DNA of 63,974 nt from contig JBNGIO010006040.1 of NCBI GenBank assembly GCA_049999805.1, positions 17,998-81,971 on the forward strand. The letters run 5' to 3'. This document shows, piece after piece, positions 53,099-63,974 of the stretch. The notes below the pieces were generated by a model. The model saw only the letters and a program-made list of their open reading frames with translations, did no database searches and was not told the origin of the DNA. The position numbers were made by a program, and so were the translations under genes. Source of the DNA: Folioceros fuciformis. Lineage: Eukaryota. The stretch's first letter is position 1. Every line of letters begins with the position of its first letter.

Positions 53099-54190
53099 AT
53101 GAGCGATGCCAACGAGAAGCGGAGGTCTAGAGCGAATGGCGCCGCCAGGAAGTCGGGCGCCGGCAGCCCTTGGAGGACAAGCGCGAGCCCTAGTCACAAC
53201 CCCAGGAGGTCCGCCACCGGCAGGGTCCTTCGCAAATCCACCCTCAATGCGGGATTCCGCGGCTCGTTGGTGACCACTGTCACGGCCTCAGGAGGGCAGG
53301 AATTTGATGTGGCCCAGGGCAGGGATAAGCCACCCCAATCTCTCAGCGGCCATAGGCGGAAAGGCTCTAGAAGAGCTTCCTTCAAGAAGGGTTATGTACG
53401 TTACGTGCGCAAGAGCAAGAAAAGCTTCACCCGAGTGAGCATCAGCCGGCGCACGTCCTTCCCGAGGAGAAAGAGTTCGGTGCGGCGGAGGAATAGTGAT
53501 CCTGGCAGCAGGAAGAGGAAATCCTCCAAGGAAGAAGAAGGAACGGTGGTTGTGCATAAGCAGCCCCCTCTCAATTCGGGATTCAAGGGCTCATTGCGCT
53601 TGTCGGTGGGTTTGCTCTCGCCTGCGTATGCCGGGAGAAAGTCCACCCTGAATTCTCCCAAGGAATCCGGCTCGACGCCAGCCCCGTCCCCACTCTCGGC
53701 TCGGGGGTCGGTGGTGACCATCACCGGGGAGCGGATGATCGTGTCCAGGGACGGTAGGCGAGAGTCGCTACAGAATCAGGGCTTTCGAGGCTCCGTGTGC
53801 GCCAGGCGTTTTGCAGACAGACATGGGTCCTTCACTCTGGTAGACTACATGGAGCCTCCCCCGCCTCCTCCGCCGAACATTGAAGGAGTAGGAGTCTTTC
53901 CGCATGTGTCGGAGATGACAGTTGTCATCCCGGAATCTGCCGAACCAAGCCCGGAGAGCAGCTATGTGTCGCCGAGACACCCTGGCACGGAAGGCTACCT
54001 TAAGAATGCAGGTTTTAGGCAAGCGTCAGTGGGGAGCAACAGGCCTTTGGTGCCAGAGCGCAAAGAAAGCTTGGCCGTGACAGGTTTCGCAGGATCCTAC
54101 GCTTCAAGGGATCTGGCAGTTCCGCACTTTCGAGGGTCTCTCACAAAAACTGGTCGGCGGGAGTCGATTAACATCCACCCACGCTTGTAG
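53099..54190 (+). CDS. Hypothetical Arg/Ser-rich protein with repeated LxNxGF[RK]GS motif, intronless
   Basis: A 363-codon ATG-TAG ORF that overlaps no other gene. The motif is conserved at the amino-acid level with variable codons, which suggests real coding. I recognise no family. Confidence 0.7.
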   Translation: MSDANEKRRSRANGAARKSGAGSPWRTSASPSHNPRRSATGRVLRKSTLNAGFRGSLVTTVTASGGQEFDVAQGRDKPPQSLSGHRRKGSRRASFKKGYVRYVRKSKKSFTRVSISRRTSFPRRKSSVRRRNSDPGSRKRKSSKEEEGTVVVHKQPPLNSGFKGSLRLSVGLLSPAYAGRKSTLNSPKESGSTPAPSPLSARGSVVTITGERMIVSRDGRRESLQNQGFRGSVCARRFADRHGSFTLVDYMEPPPPPPPNIEGVGVFPHVSEMTVVIPESAEPSPESSYVSPRHPGTEGYLKNAGFRQASVGSNRPLVPERKESLAVTGFAGSYASRDLAVPHFRGSLTKTGRRESINIHPRL

Positions 54191-55159
54191 TGTTGCTGTT
54201 TCCGGCGGAGGGATGGGCCTGGATTGCGCTCCTCCACACACACTCTCACTGCCGGCGTGCAGATCTGCACACGTTTGACCTCGCTGTACGTGCCGAACGT
54301 CTGAACCTCTATTAGTTCTACCTGATACTACCCACAAATGAAACCGCGGATTCCTCAGGCTTTACCCCAGGGAATCTTACTTTCGGTCTGCTGTGACTTG
54401 TTCCCAGCAGGCGGTGCCACCCACTTGGCTCCTTATACGCTGCTCCATCCAGCAAGCCTCTGGTCTGGTGAATTGAGGTGAGCACCAGCAGATGGACGCC
54501 GGTGGTAAACTATGTATTACGTCACTAGTGTTAAGTTCTCTTGTCCGTTTGCATTCCACATGCTGGCGCGCGCATTCCTGAACTCCAGGAGCTTTCCAGG
54601 AATACGCTTCTATTTTCACTACAAATGATAGCATTAGCGTACATACTTACATCTACTTCTCACTTCCTAGGGATCAGTTAACCTTATATATCAGTTAATT
54701 TTCCTTAATGCTCCAGATGACCCGCAAAAATTGCGAAAGGGGAATGTTTCTTTTTGCCTCCGCGGACAACAGTCATAACTTCTAACAGCAACGCACGACT
54801 CTGCAAAAGACCTTTCTCGTCATACTCAGCGCACGAGCACTTTCAATGTTCTACCGGGAAAAAAATCATATGAAACAACCTAGGAGGTCAACCATTCCGA
54901 GGCGGGATGCACTCAACTCATACAAGCAACCTCAGAAACAAGAATTTCGATGCACAGGCATACTCTGCGCCCCACGTGTACCCGTACTAGCTAACTACCC
55001 ACCTACAATACTTCCTATCGATCCAGAATAATGATTTCGACAATCCCTCCTCCAACCCCTCCCACGCCCTCTCCCCCCCAAAAGCAAGTCATATCCGTGA
55101 GAACGGAACCAAGCGGAAGCAACTCGCCCCGGGTCGCCGGCAGCAAGGCATATCAACTA

Positions 55160-58100
55160 CTAATATCTATACACTGGTGCACCGCCCGGAGGAGGAGGTG
55201 GAGGTAGTCTTGTTGGCGTACTGCGCCGGCTGCCAAACGAATCCCCGTTCTCCTCGTATTCATGACGCTGCCCCCCATTTACCTGCCGAGAATAAGGGCG
55301 AGGAGACTCCCTTGGGGGTGGATCCGAGTAGTCGTTTGAGCTTACACTTCCTGCATCTTCAAAAGCAATACGCCAATCCTCACTGGCTGCTACACTTGGT
55401 GACCCTGTGGAACCAACGGCAAGCCTTAGTAAAACCAGCCAATATCCGCATGCGTTCCTAGTTCATATTATGAATTGGTGCCCAGGTTTCTCCCTCTTCC
55501 TTTGAGATAGATGAGTTCTTCTCATTTTTTCCACAATAAAATCTCCATTAACACTTTTATAAATTATACTCACCGATTCCGGCATCGCTCCCACCAAAAC
55601 CAGAGCCACTCACAGCCCGGGCTTCATGCAAGCTCAGCTGTCTGGTAAGACGGTTCAACAGTGAGTGCTGTCGCTTGGCCCTCTCACGCCTCCTTTTCAC
55701 TTCTTGGTCCTCCATCAATAATTCTTGAATCTTCGCGTTCGACTGTGAACTGTGTACCAATAAGCAACCAAATCAGCTGATTCTGGAACCACTGGGTCTT
55801 CGAAGCGCACACACACAACTGCAGAAAACAAACCTGACTGAGCTGTAAAGTTTGTTAAGCATAGCCTCCTTAGCTCGTTCAACTTGACACAACACCACAG
55901 CCTGTGACATCCAGTTTGGAAGTGCATCAACACCATGACTACTGAACCCAGAAAACAGGCTACCATTCATAGACATCAGCACCAACCTTTGGAATGTTGG
56001 CCGCGAGACTGTTGAGCACGGCTTCCACATAGTCGCGTACTTCTTGTGACATCAGCTTTAGGTCTTCTTCTGGATCGGCAGGCCTCCGAAGGGCCGGTTC
56101 CTGGAAACAAGTTCAGTTAAATTTCCTGTATCCAAGAATTGTCCAGCCACCCACAAACGTACACTGACCTAGCAATCTGCTTCGTCTGCAAGTCCAAACA
56201 ACACCGGAGATACGCACAACAACAAACAGGCCACCCAGAGGCCTTCGGAAAGAAAAGTTATTGTAAGACATAAAGTTCTCAAGTTCAGAGAGTACTACCA
56301 CCACACGTACCAAAGGACCATCACTCGACGCCGATGCTGTCCGCTCCCTTGCACCTGTGTCAGCCAAAGAACCAGTAGAAGCCGAACCTCGCAAAGCAGG
56401 TGCCTTTCCAGGTTGAGTAGAACCCCGGAGCCTAGCTAACCACTCAGCCTTCTCTGCTGGTGTCTCTGCCTTCAGCAGAATGGAAGTGTGAGCTGCAAGT
56501 CACAACAAGTAAATGTTACTGATCCTCCCGTCTCAAACATTTGATTGATCCAAGGCAGAATTCCAACACACAACTCACAGGAGATCTGGACAACGCGACC
56601 TAAGCTGATACCTTTAAAAAGAGCCTTGTATGGAACTTTATTGCTTATTTTGAAAGTAAGGTTCGGTGTTGTAGCTCTTGAATCAGGGCCATTGGCTGCA
56701 GACTTCTTTGACCTTTTCTTCTCTTCTACCTCCTCAGTTGGCTCCTTCTCAATATCCTCAATGATGCATTCCTATGCATGCCAAGCAAAGTCGGTACAAT
56801 TTGTGCACACAGTCTCACAGACGCACCAATTCACTAGAATATTTAGCCCCCGTGTACCTCCAAGCTGATTGTTGCACGAAACCGTGACTCTTCTGGCTTC
56901 TTAGTGTACGAAAACTGATGGCAGAACATATCCAAGATGAGAAGTATCCAGTCATTATTGGCCCACAATAACTCTTGGCTCACAAACATTCAACCAGGTT
57001 CAGGTTAAAAATCCGTACCTTCCCTGTGGCCTGGTTCAGAACAAACCATCGTTTACTCCACCCACCAGCAGGCTTGCCACTTTGTTTAGAGAGGTAGCCT
57101 GTTCCATTGCCGTAACCAGGTAGCTGTGATTTCGTTTTGGTACCATACAAATCCAACCAACATGAAGAGAAACCATTTGCATAGCAAGAAACTTCTTTCT
57201 CAACCTACCTGCAACTATTATCTGGCCCTCCGGCCCAGTGATTGTCTGCAAGGTCGTTGCACCCTCTTTCACATCCTTTTCTGCTTGCACCTGGCCCTTA
57301 AGAGACTTTAGACTTCCTGTTGCATTCGACGCAGGTGCAGTAGCCTGCAGCGTACATGCCTACACGTTTATACTCAAGTGAAACATGAAGCTTGAAGGCC
57401 ACCAACACATACGACTTTGACAGCCATCCAATTTTAAGGGAGTTGAACTGGCCCCTAGCGTTGCTATCTCATGTCACTCTACCTTGTTAAGAAGAGCCTG
57501 CTCAGCATCTTGAGCTTTTCTTGATTGTCTTGTCTTCTGCTCCTCTTCCCTCCTTAGCCTGTCCAATCTGTAGTAGAACATCCAGACGCTTAGCATAATC
57601 ATTGTGGGATTACATGACTTTCTCAACTGCCTTTCTGTGCACGGCAGCAAGTAGCTCTGAGAACATTGCTTTCACAATGTAAGACAAGTCCCACCTGCGC
57701 TGCACAAGTCTGATAAAATGTTGGGGAGGGATGAAAGAGCGCTCCATGTCCACAAGGGCAACTACCATAGTTTTGGCCTCGACTCGGTAACCATCTAGGG
57801 CGGCAGTAGCAATGGCCACAATCTGCAAGTGGAACCAGGAAAAATCAAGCTGCAGGTCTGTGAAGTGGACAGATCAATATTTCATGCTGCACGATTCAAA
57901 CCTAGCTGTACATCACATAGCAAATAGCCATTCAATGTGACATACTTCTCGTTTCAATGGAGGGTATCTGCTCAACCCAGGAGTTGAAGAGGCAGCAGAC
58001 GAAACTATGTCAACAAGAATGCGATGTACCTGCGACCAAAAACTCCACAGATTTTACGACGTCACCCAAAAAAGCTCCAAAGCATTACACCCAACAGAAA

Positions 58101-61100
58101 AATTGAGAAACACCAACCTCATCTACACATTGTCTCCCTGGTTCCTTTGCTAACTCGAGCGCTTTCCGAACAAGTGCCCTCAGTCCCTTTTCAGGAGAGA
58201 GCAGGTACGGCTGATAGCCATCAGCTTCCAACACCAGCTGAACAGAAGGACACAGAATTTCCAGTTAGCTCCTCCCAGGACGTCCCACAAAACGGTTCTG
58301 TCATCCTGACACCTTACAGAAATCGTAACAGCAGAAAAGATTGTTTCTAAATACAAAACTCATCCAGGTCCACACCCACATAGCGGCAGAGAGCTCTGCA
58401 TTCTAGTCCAGAAAAATTACAAGTGTTGGATCACCTTTTTAATATTGTTTATGTCAAAAATATCATTCAGAGGGAGAGCTTTAATCCTGTTCGGGAGCCC
58501 TCCCTCAAAGCTTTGCACAACCTTCCAACCTGCACCCTGCAGATCAAGAGGGACATATCAACATGTCATGCCATGACCAACACAATGTCCAGTCCTGCGC
58601 ATTTACGTAGATAAGCTTCCCACGACCACTTACCTCGCCAGTTTGGATGTGCTGCAGAAACTTGTCTTCAAACTCGCGACACAATTCAAGCGCAATAGCC
58701 CTTGTGCCTTCTGATGTTTGCACCATCTGTTCTCCAAGTCGAACTAGCTCATCTTCCACAGCTTGGGATCTTCCCTCCAAGCTGTGCAGCAAAGATCGTG
58801 TGACTTTCAAGCAGAAATATTGCATCGAGTACTTCTTTCCAAAACGACAGGGCACTCTCCATTTGTGGAGGGGAAAAACCCAAAAGCAGAGATCGATACA
58901 TACCCTGAAAGTAGATTTGGAAGGCGCATTTTCAGTCTTTTCCGGATCACCTCCGCAAGTTTTTCTACAAGTGATAATCGCCCAAGAGCAGCAGACGGTG
59001 CTCCACTTAATATAGTTTTCAACTTCTCTTTCTCTGCCCTCCATGCAGTTTCCAAGGAATCGTCTCCAGCCATTGATCCACCATGGGCAGCAGCAATGGA
59101 CACTGACTGACCGATCAAAGCTACCCATGCAATATCTTGTGTGATACTTGGTCCCTGCCCCAAAAGAAGTGCTTGGACAGCAGCTAAGCTTTTTTGATCA
59201 GACTCGGCTTGATCTACTTTACTTATGACTCCAACAGTCCTTGTACCTGAAGTCATGAGCAAAGAGTGTCAATAAGTTACAAACGCTCACGGTCAATCTG
59301 TTAGAAGGCATGAAGATATTCATAAACTCACCATCTGGATCGAGCTCTTGAGCTACCTTCAAAGCTCTGTTACCAGTGACATCTCGAGCTGAGGTTGCTT
59401 GCACGACAACCAGTAGAATGGCATCGTTGTGGGTGGCATAATCCTGCAGCTGGCATTGCACCAGAAAACACACAGCAAAGACCAGGATAGTATATAAAAT
59501 GACCTCGCAAAACCTCTGCTTCTTGCAAGTCCAAAGTTCAAGATCAAGGCTTCGAAAGTATATTTTAACAGCAAAGATAAAGGAAGACAAGCACACATAC
59601 CAGAGAATCATCTGCCCCCGCTCGTGCATCCAAACCAGGTAGATCAATCAGCTTCAAAGGAGGTGCTGCAAAGAAAACGGCGAACCATGAGCCTAGACCA
59701 TCTCACTGGAATAACAACTCACCCACTAATCATCAATACTACAAAGGTAGCAGCAATCATTTCCTCTGAAAATGCTTTCATGATGCTATCAGTGCTTCAC
59801 ACAGTACCACAGAGGAGGCAATACATCCCTGTGAGAGCAACATGCTGATCCACTAGTCACCAACAACATGGGCACCACGTTGATTATAACACACGAACCT
59901 GCCAACTAACCTGAACTTGAGCGAAGATGCAGATTGATTCCTTGTGAGCTACTTCTTGAGTTGAGTCCCAACTTGCTTAACCTCCCTTGCAATGAATGTC
60001 GCAATTCACCTGCCAAGACATTGAACGGATGTCCATCCACGTGAGTTTTCAGGCTTCAGTAGCCGAGTAAGGGCTACTGTAACAATACGTATCCATCTAA
60101 TGGCCTATACTGATATATGAAACGCAAAGAAGCAGGTCTCCACAACTGTTCCAAGAACTCATCAACAAGCTCTGAACCACCAAACAGAACGTCCACTGGA
60201 AGCAATAGTCACTTAGACCAAAGTACGTAAAACTACTGCTTTAAAAGTACAGAACTTCCTTGGCTTTGTAAAATGCAAGATTGCACCACAAACACTAGCA
60301 CACCAAAAGCAACAGGGTAGTCCTTACTTGCAGTAACTTGTGATGTTTTTCCTTCGAGTAGGAGATACAGGCCCCTGCCAACTGACTCAGTGCGCTCCAT
60401 TTCAATCACAATGGGTGCACGTGTTGCGCCATTCTCTCCTGTAGGCTGCCAGTCGGGGCCACCAGCTTCGTCAATGCCTTCTTTGAAAAACAACTAAATT
60501 GAAAAATGTTCAAACTCAACCCATCAGACAACAATCACAACGAGAGAACGATGCAACAAGCGGCGAAGTGCAGCAGGTGCCAGTTGTCCTGTGGGTAGAG
60601 TTTTTATTATCAGCTTCGCTCTAGCGGAATTTCAATTGACGCAAATACTGCAAAAGACGTTAATCACGTTCTAGCACCCACTTGCTCCATAAAAATCCAG
60701 GAGCTAGAGCGCGTGGGTTTAGCCGACTTATATTGACCTAGTACAGCTCAGGACCCTTAATATGACCTGCGATGTCTTGAGCTGAACAAACACGCAGGGA
60801 ATTCCAGTAGGATGCGTACCAGCACAGGATGCCCTATCAAGCTGTTCAACACTGCCGATTTCCCCGCGCCCTGAAAACAATGCATTTGTCAGAGTCTGAA
60901 ATCCTCCACACCAGACATCACGATGGAACGCGACAGAAGAACGTTCAGGGGTGCAAGCTGGAAGAGATCGAGCGCTCGAAGGCCATGAAAACACACAGCG
61001 CGCCACTGCCACCTCAGATTCTCAAAGCAATCAACCAGAGAGAAAAGCGTAGACTTAAGACTGTCTCCATGGGCTCCTCCCCACCCTAGCCCGAAACAAG

Positions 61101-61301
61101 ATCTACCCAAAATCAGCTTCACCAGCACTCGCGGAAGTCAGAATATGCTTCTCGAGCTGAGGGCTTTGGACGTACAACACTGCCAAGGGCCACGACGTTC
61201 ATGAAGGTGGAAGCGGTCTTCACTGGATCATCGGCATCGTCGTCCGCCAGCATTGCAGCAGCCTGCTGCATAGAGTCAGCTAGCAAAATCAAATTCTCCA
61301 T
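55160..61301 (-). CDS. DRP2: Dynamin-related protein 2 (plant DRP2A/2B type with PH and Pro-rich domains), multi-exon
   Basis: [76 protein letters not shown], a PH region, [17 protein letters not shown], and C-terminal [16 protein letters not shown]. Confidence 0.95.
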
Positions 61302-61949
61302 GTCGCCCTGCCTATCTACCGATCGGCTAATGCCTCAGATCCAAGCTTGGCAGTCCGGATCTCCGGGCAGCTCGCTCAATTCTGGTCTACACCAAACTAT
61401 ACCGCGACCACGTTCCCTTCCGCGAAGTGCTGCCAAAAAAAGACCGTCCGTGATGGAGAGTAGCCTTCTGACATCGTTTGCGATAATCGGGTTCCTATTA
61501 AATTTATCACCAGTTACCATACAGAAATGCGATACATCTTAGTGCATCTGTACTATACATATCAGCATGTAATGACCATACATAAGATCGTCGAGGACCC
61601 ACTCTTGGCTTTTGTCCCGCTCCGGGTCCTGACGTGTCGATGATTCTTTTTTTAATCTAGATGAGAAGTTTATCCCACATAAATAAAATACTTTCTTCAG
61701 GGGGTGTAAAGCCCTTAGAACAATCAGCCCCGCATAAGGATCCAAGATGCGACCTTCGTATCCTCACCTTCACGATCTCCCATCAAATATTCAATCTCAC
61801 GCCCTCCCAACTACGCTGTCTCCACCCACTCATCCCACCATGACTTCACCATGGTTGTTATACAATTACTCTCTAAAATACTTCTACATATACAAGAAAT
61901 AGAAGAGTTATAAACCATCCATCGTAAAGGAAAAAACAACAAAAACAGA

Positions 61950-61996
61950 AGAATAAAGAGTTCACTGCTACGTGGCCTGGACCAAATGCCGCCGGC
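61950..61996 (+). repeat. Direct repeat, copy 1
   Basis: AGAATAAAGAGTTCACTGCTACGTGGCCTGGACCAAATGCCGCCGGC is identical to 63928-63974. Confidence 0.95.
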
Positions 61997-62065
61997 TGTC
62001 ATGCGGTTGAGCACAAGCTCGTCGTTCGACGGTCCAAGAAAGGCTTTCTAATAAGGAGGCATTGG

Positions 62066-62986
62066 TTAGGTTTGGAAAACTTGGTGGACCGCGCTCTCTC
62101 TCCTTGCAATGCCATCCTCTCCACATCTTCGCCGCTTTGGGATGTGGGCCAGCTCCATATGGAGTCGCCGATTCATTGCCTCTACCTTTTGCGTGCGTTG
62201 CTCTTCATCTTGTGCAAATCGAAGTTTGGCAATTGTAGCACTCATGTCGCTAGGATCAACATGATTGATGGCAGGCTCACGGGCGACATGCTCCATACCC
62301 TCATCTTGGGCTTGGGCTTGGGCTTGGGCTTGGGCTTGGGCTTGGGCTTGGTCTTGGGCTTGCAACAAGCTTTGCACCACGTCTTCCTCAAGTCGGTCTA
62401 GATCTTGCTCATCTTTGAGTTCCTGCGCAAGATCATTGTCACGCGCGACCCTTTTGCCCTTCGGCTTGTTCTTGGAGCCCTTTGGACGTCCGCGGCGACG
62501 CTCGGGCGGCATCGGCGGCGGGAAAGAGGCGCTCGTGCTTGGCGCGCATGCATCTCCAACTTCCGACAAATCCCGATCTAGCTCGCGTGCCAATTGAGCC
62601 AGCCCTTCATCTTCGTCGTCGCTTGCGTGTGCGCCATCGTGGACTCTTGCGCGCTTCGCACCACGTGTCGCGCCGCAATCACGTGGCTTGTTTCTTGAGC
62701 CTTTTGGACGTCCCCGGCCACGCTTGGGTGGCACCGGCAGCGGCTCGAGAGACACGCTCGTAACGGTCGGCTCACTGCATTCATCTCCAACTGCCGACAT
62801 TACATCACGCTCTAGCTCTTGTGCGAATCGGATCATCTCCGCGTCGTCGTCGCCCCCTTGTGCATGATCATGGTGAACTCTCACGTCCTCCTCATCATGC
62901 GTCGTGCGGCAATCCCTCGGCTTGTCTTTTGAGCCCTTTGGACGTCCCTTGTTCTTGGCCCTAGTTTCACCCTCCACGCGCCTCAT
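62066..62986 (-). CDS. Hypothetical AT-hook repeat protein with (QA)n tract, intronless
   Basis: Three GRPKGS[KR][DN]KP AT-hook-like motifs in ~75-aa repeats. The first ATG is at 62986 (the ORF track starts at a GTG at 63097), with a TATA-like CCTATATATAC at ~63138-63148. (CTTGGG)n at ~62305-62361 encodes the QA repeat. Confidence 0.65.
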   Translation of the reverse strand: MRRVEGETRAKNKGRPKGSKDKPRDCRTTHDEEDVRVHHDHAQGGDDDAEMIRFAQELERDVMSAVGDECSEPTVTSVSLEPLPVPPKRGRGRPKGSRNKPRDCGATRGAKRARVHDGAHASDDEDEGLAQLARELDRDLSEVGDACAPSTSASFPPPMPPERRRGRPKGSKNKPKGKRVARDNDLAQELKDEQDLDRLEEDVVQSLLQAQDQAQAQAQAQAQAQAQDEGMEHVAREPAINHVDPSDMSATIAKLRFAQDEEQRTQKVEAMNRRLHMELAHIPKRRRCGEDGIARRESAVHQVFQT

Positions 62987-63927
62987 TTCTAAGCACGATT
63001 GGAGTGGACAACTCTTCCTCTTATTGGACGTCTTGCTAGCCTGGTGCACGTAGCTACGTGGCACTGGGAGTAGTTGTGGCCGACCAGCAACGTCCACAGT
63101 TGTTGTTGCGTGTTTGTGAGGAAGACGGGAAGTACAGGTATATATAGGCCCGCTGCATGATTGGATACGTCAAAGGCCAAGGAGATATCGTCTACCGCTA
63201 CATTATTGGGCATATTTCGAGCACCAAGGAACGACAGCCCTCCCTCCTTGAGCACAGGGCGCCAAAAATTTCAACGAGCAAGGGATTGCGACGGTCGGGG
63301 CCCCTTGGAGTATCACCTCCCAAATTTCAAGGGCCAAGGAGCAATCTTTGGTCCAAGGTGTACTACGAACGGCCGTGTCCGAGATGAGGTTGGTGCACGG
63401 CGCCAACTGCGCCCACGTGCACGCATGGCGCTCTTGATGGAGCAGTTGCGCGGGTATAGTTTAGGTGAGGTGCCTAGTCGTTGAAGCGTAGGATGCCTTT
63501 CGCATTCACTCGCCTCCTCCGCTAGCCACGGTGCCCTCTCCTAGCGCAGCGCCAACTGATAAACTTGTGCCATGCGCATGTACACGTGCCTGGGCTAGCT
63601 ATGGGATCCCCTAAACCCCTAAACTCGAAGAACATGGGCTGATTGCATGTGGAAACGAACGTTGGACGGGCGTGCAAGCTCCATAGGCACAACGCGTAGC
63701 CCCTTGCTTGGATTTCTACTCCGTTCGGGTCACCATCATGCACCGCGTATGGTGCATGTGTCGGACTTGTCCAAATCGCGATTTCCGATGCCGGGTGAGA
63801 ACGATGGGGTACTAGACTCTAGGTCCCGTGGGTTTTTTTAGACAATTGTTGGGGGACCGTGCATTGAGTCAAGCACATGCGTTGAAATTTGATTTTATTG
63901 GAACAAAGGGGAAAAAGGAAAGGAGGG

Positions 63928-63974
63928 AGAATAAAGAGTTCACTGCTACGTGGCCTGGACCAAATGCCGCCGGC
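63928..63974 (+). repeat. Direct repeat, copy 2 (runs off the window end)
   Basis: 47/47 identical to 61950-61996, at an offset of 1978 bp. Confidence 0.95.

Overview
This is gene-dense nuclear DNA from a plant, with about 19 protein-coding genes in 64 kb, mostly short (~60-150 bp) GT-AG introns and four N gaps. The compact introns and plant-type gene families suggest a small-genome non-seed land plant such as a hornwort; this is an inference. In order, the window holds a MITE-like element, a subtilase, an SLC35F-like transporter, a Zim17/HEP1-type DNL zinc finger, cytosolic LeuRS, a DUF1997 protein, two convergent PMP3/RCI2 genes, a GDPD, an F-box/kelch protein and the phage-type organellar RNA polymerase RpoT. 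These are followed by an AAE13-like malonyl-CoA synthetase, a WIYLD-SET (SUVR) methyltransferase, a TCX/LIN54 protein, a histidine phosphatase, WDR12, a calmodulin-like protein, FIO1/METTL16, an unrecognised basic repeat protein, dynamin DRP2 and a repetitive AT-hook protein. Three things are least explained. First, a 363-aa intronless protein carries a recurring LxNxGF[RK]GS motif and many PKA-type sites. Second, an open in-frame, CUG-startable extension and a uORF lie upstream of the RpoT AUG. Third, the AT-hook repeat gene sits inside a 1978-bp-spaced direct repeat. I found no RNA genes, CRISPR arrays or intact autonomous transposons. Exon boundaries were read by eye and are approximate.
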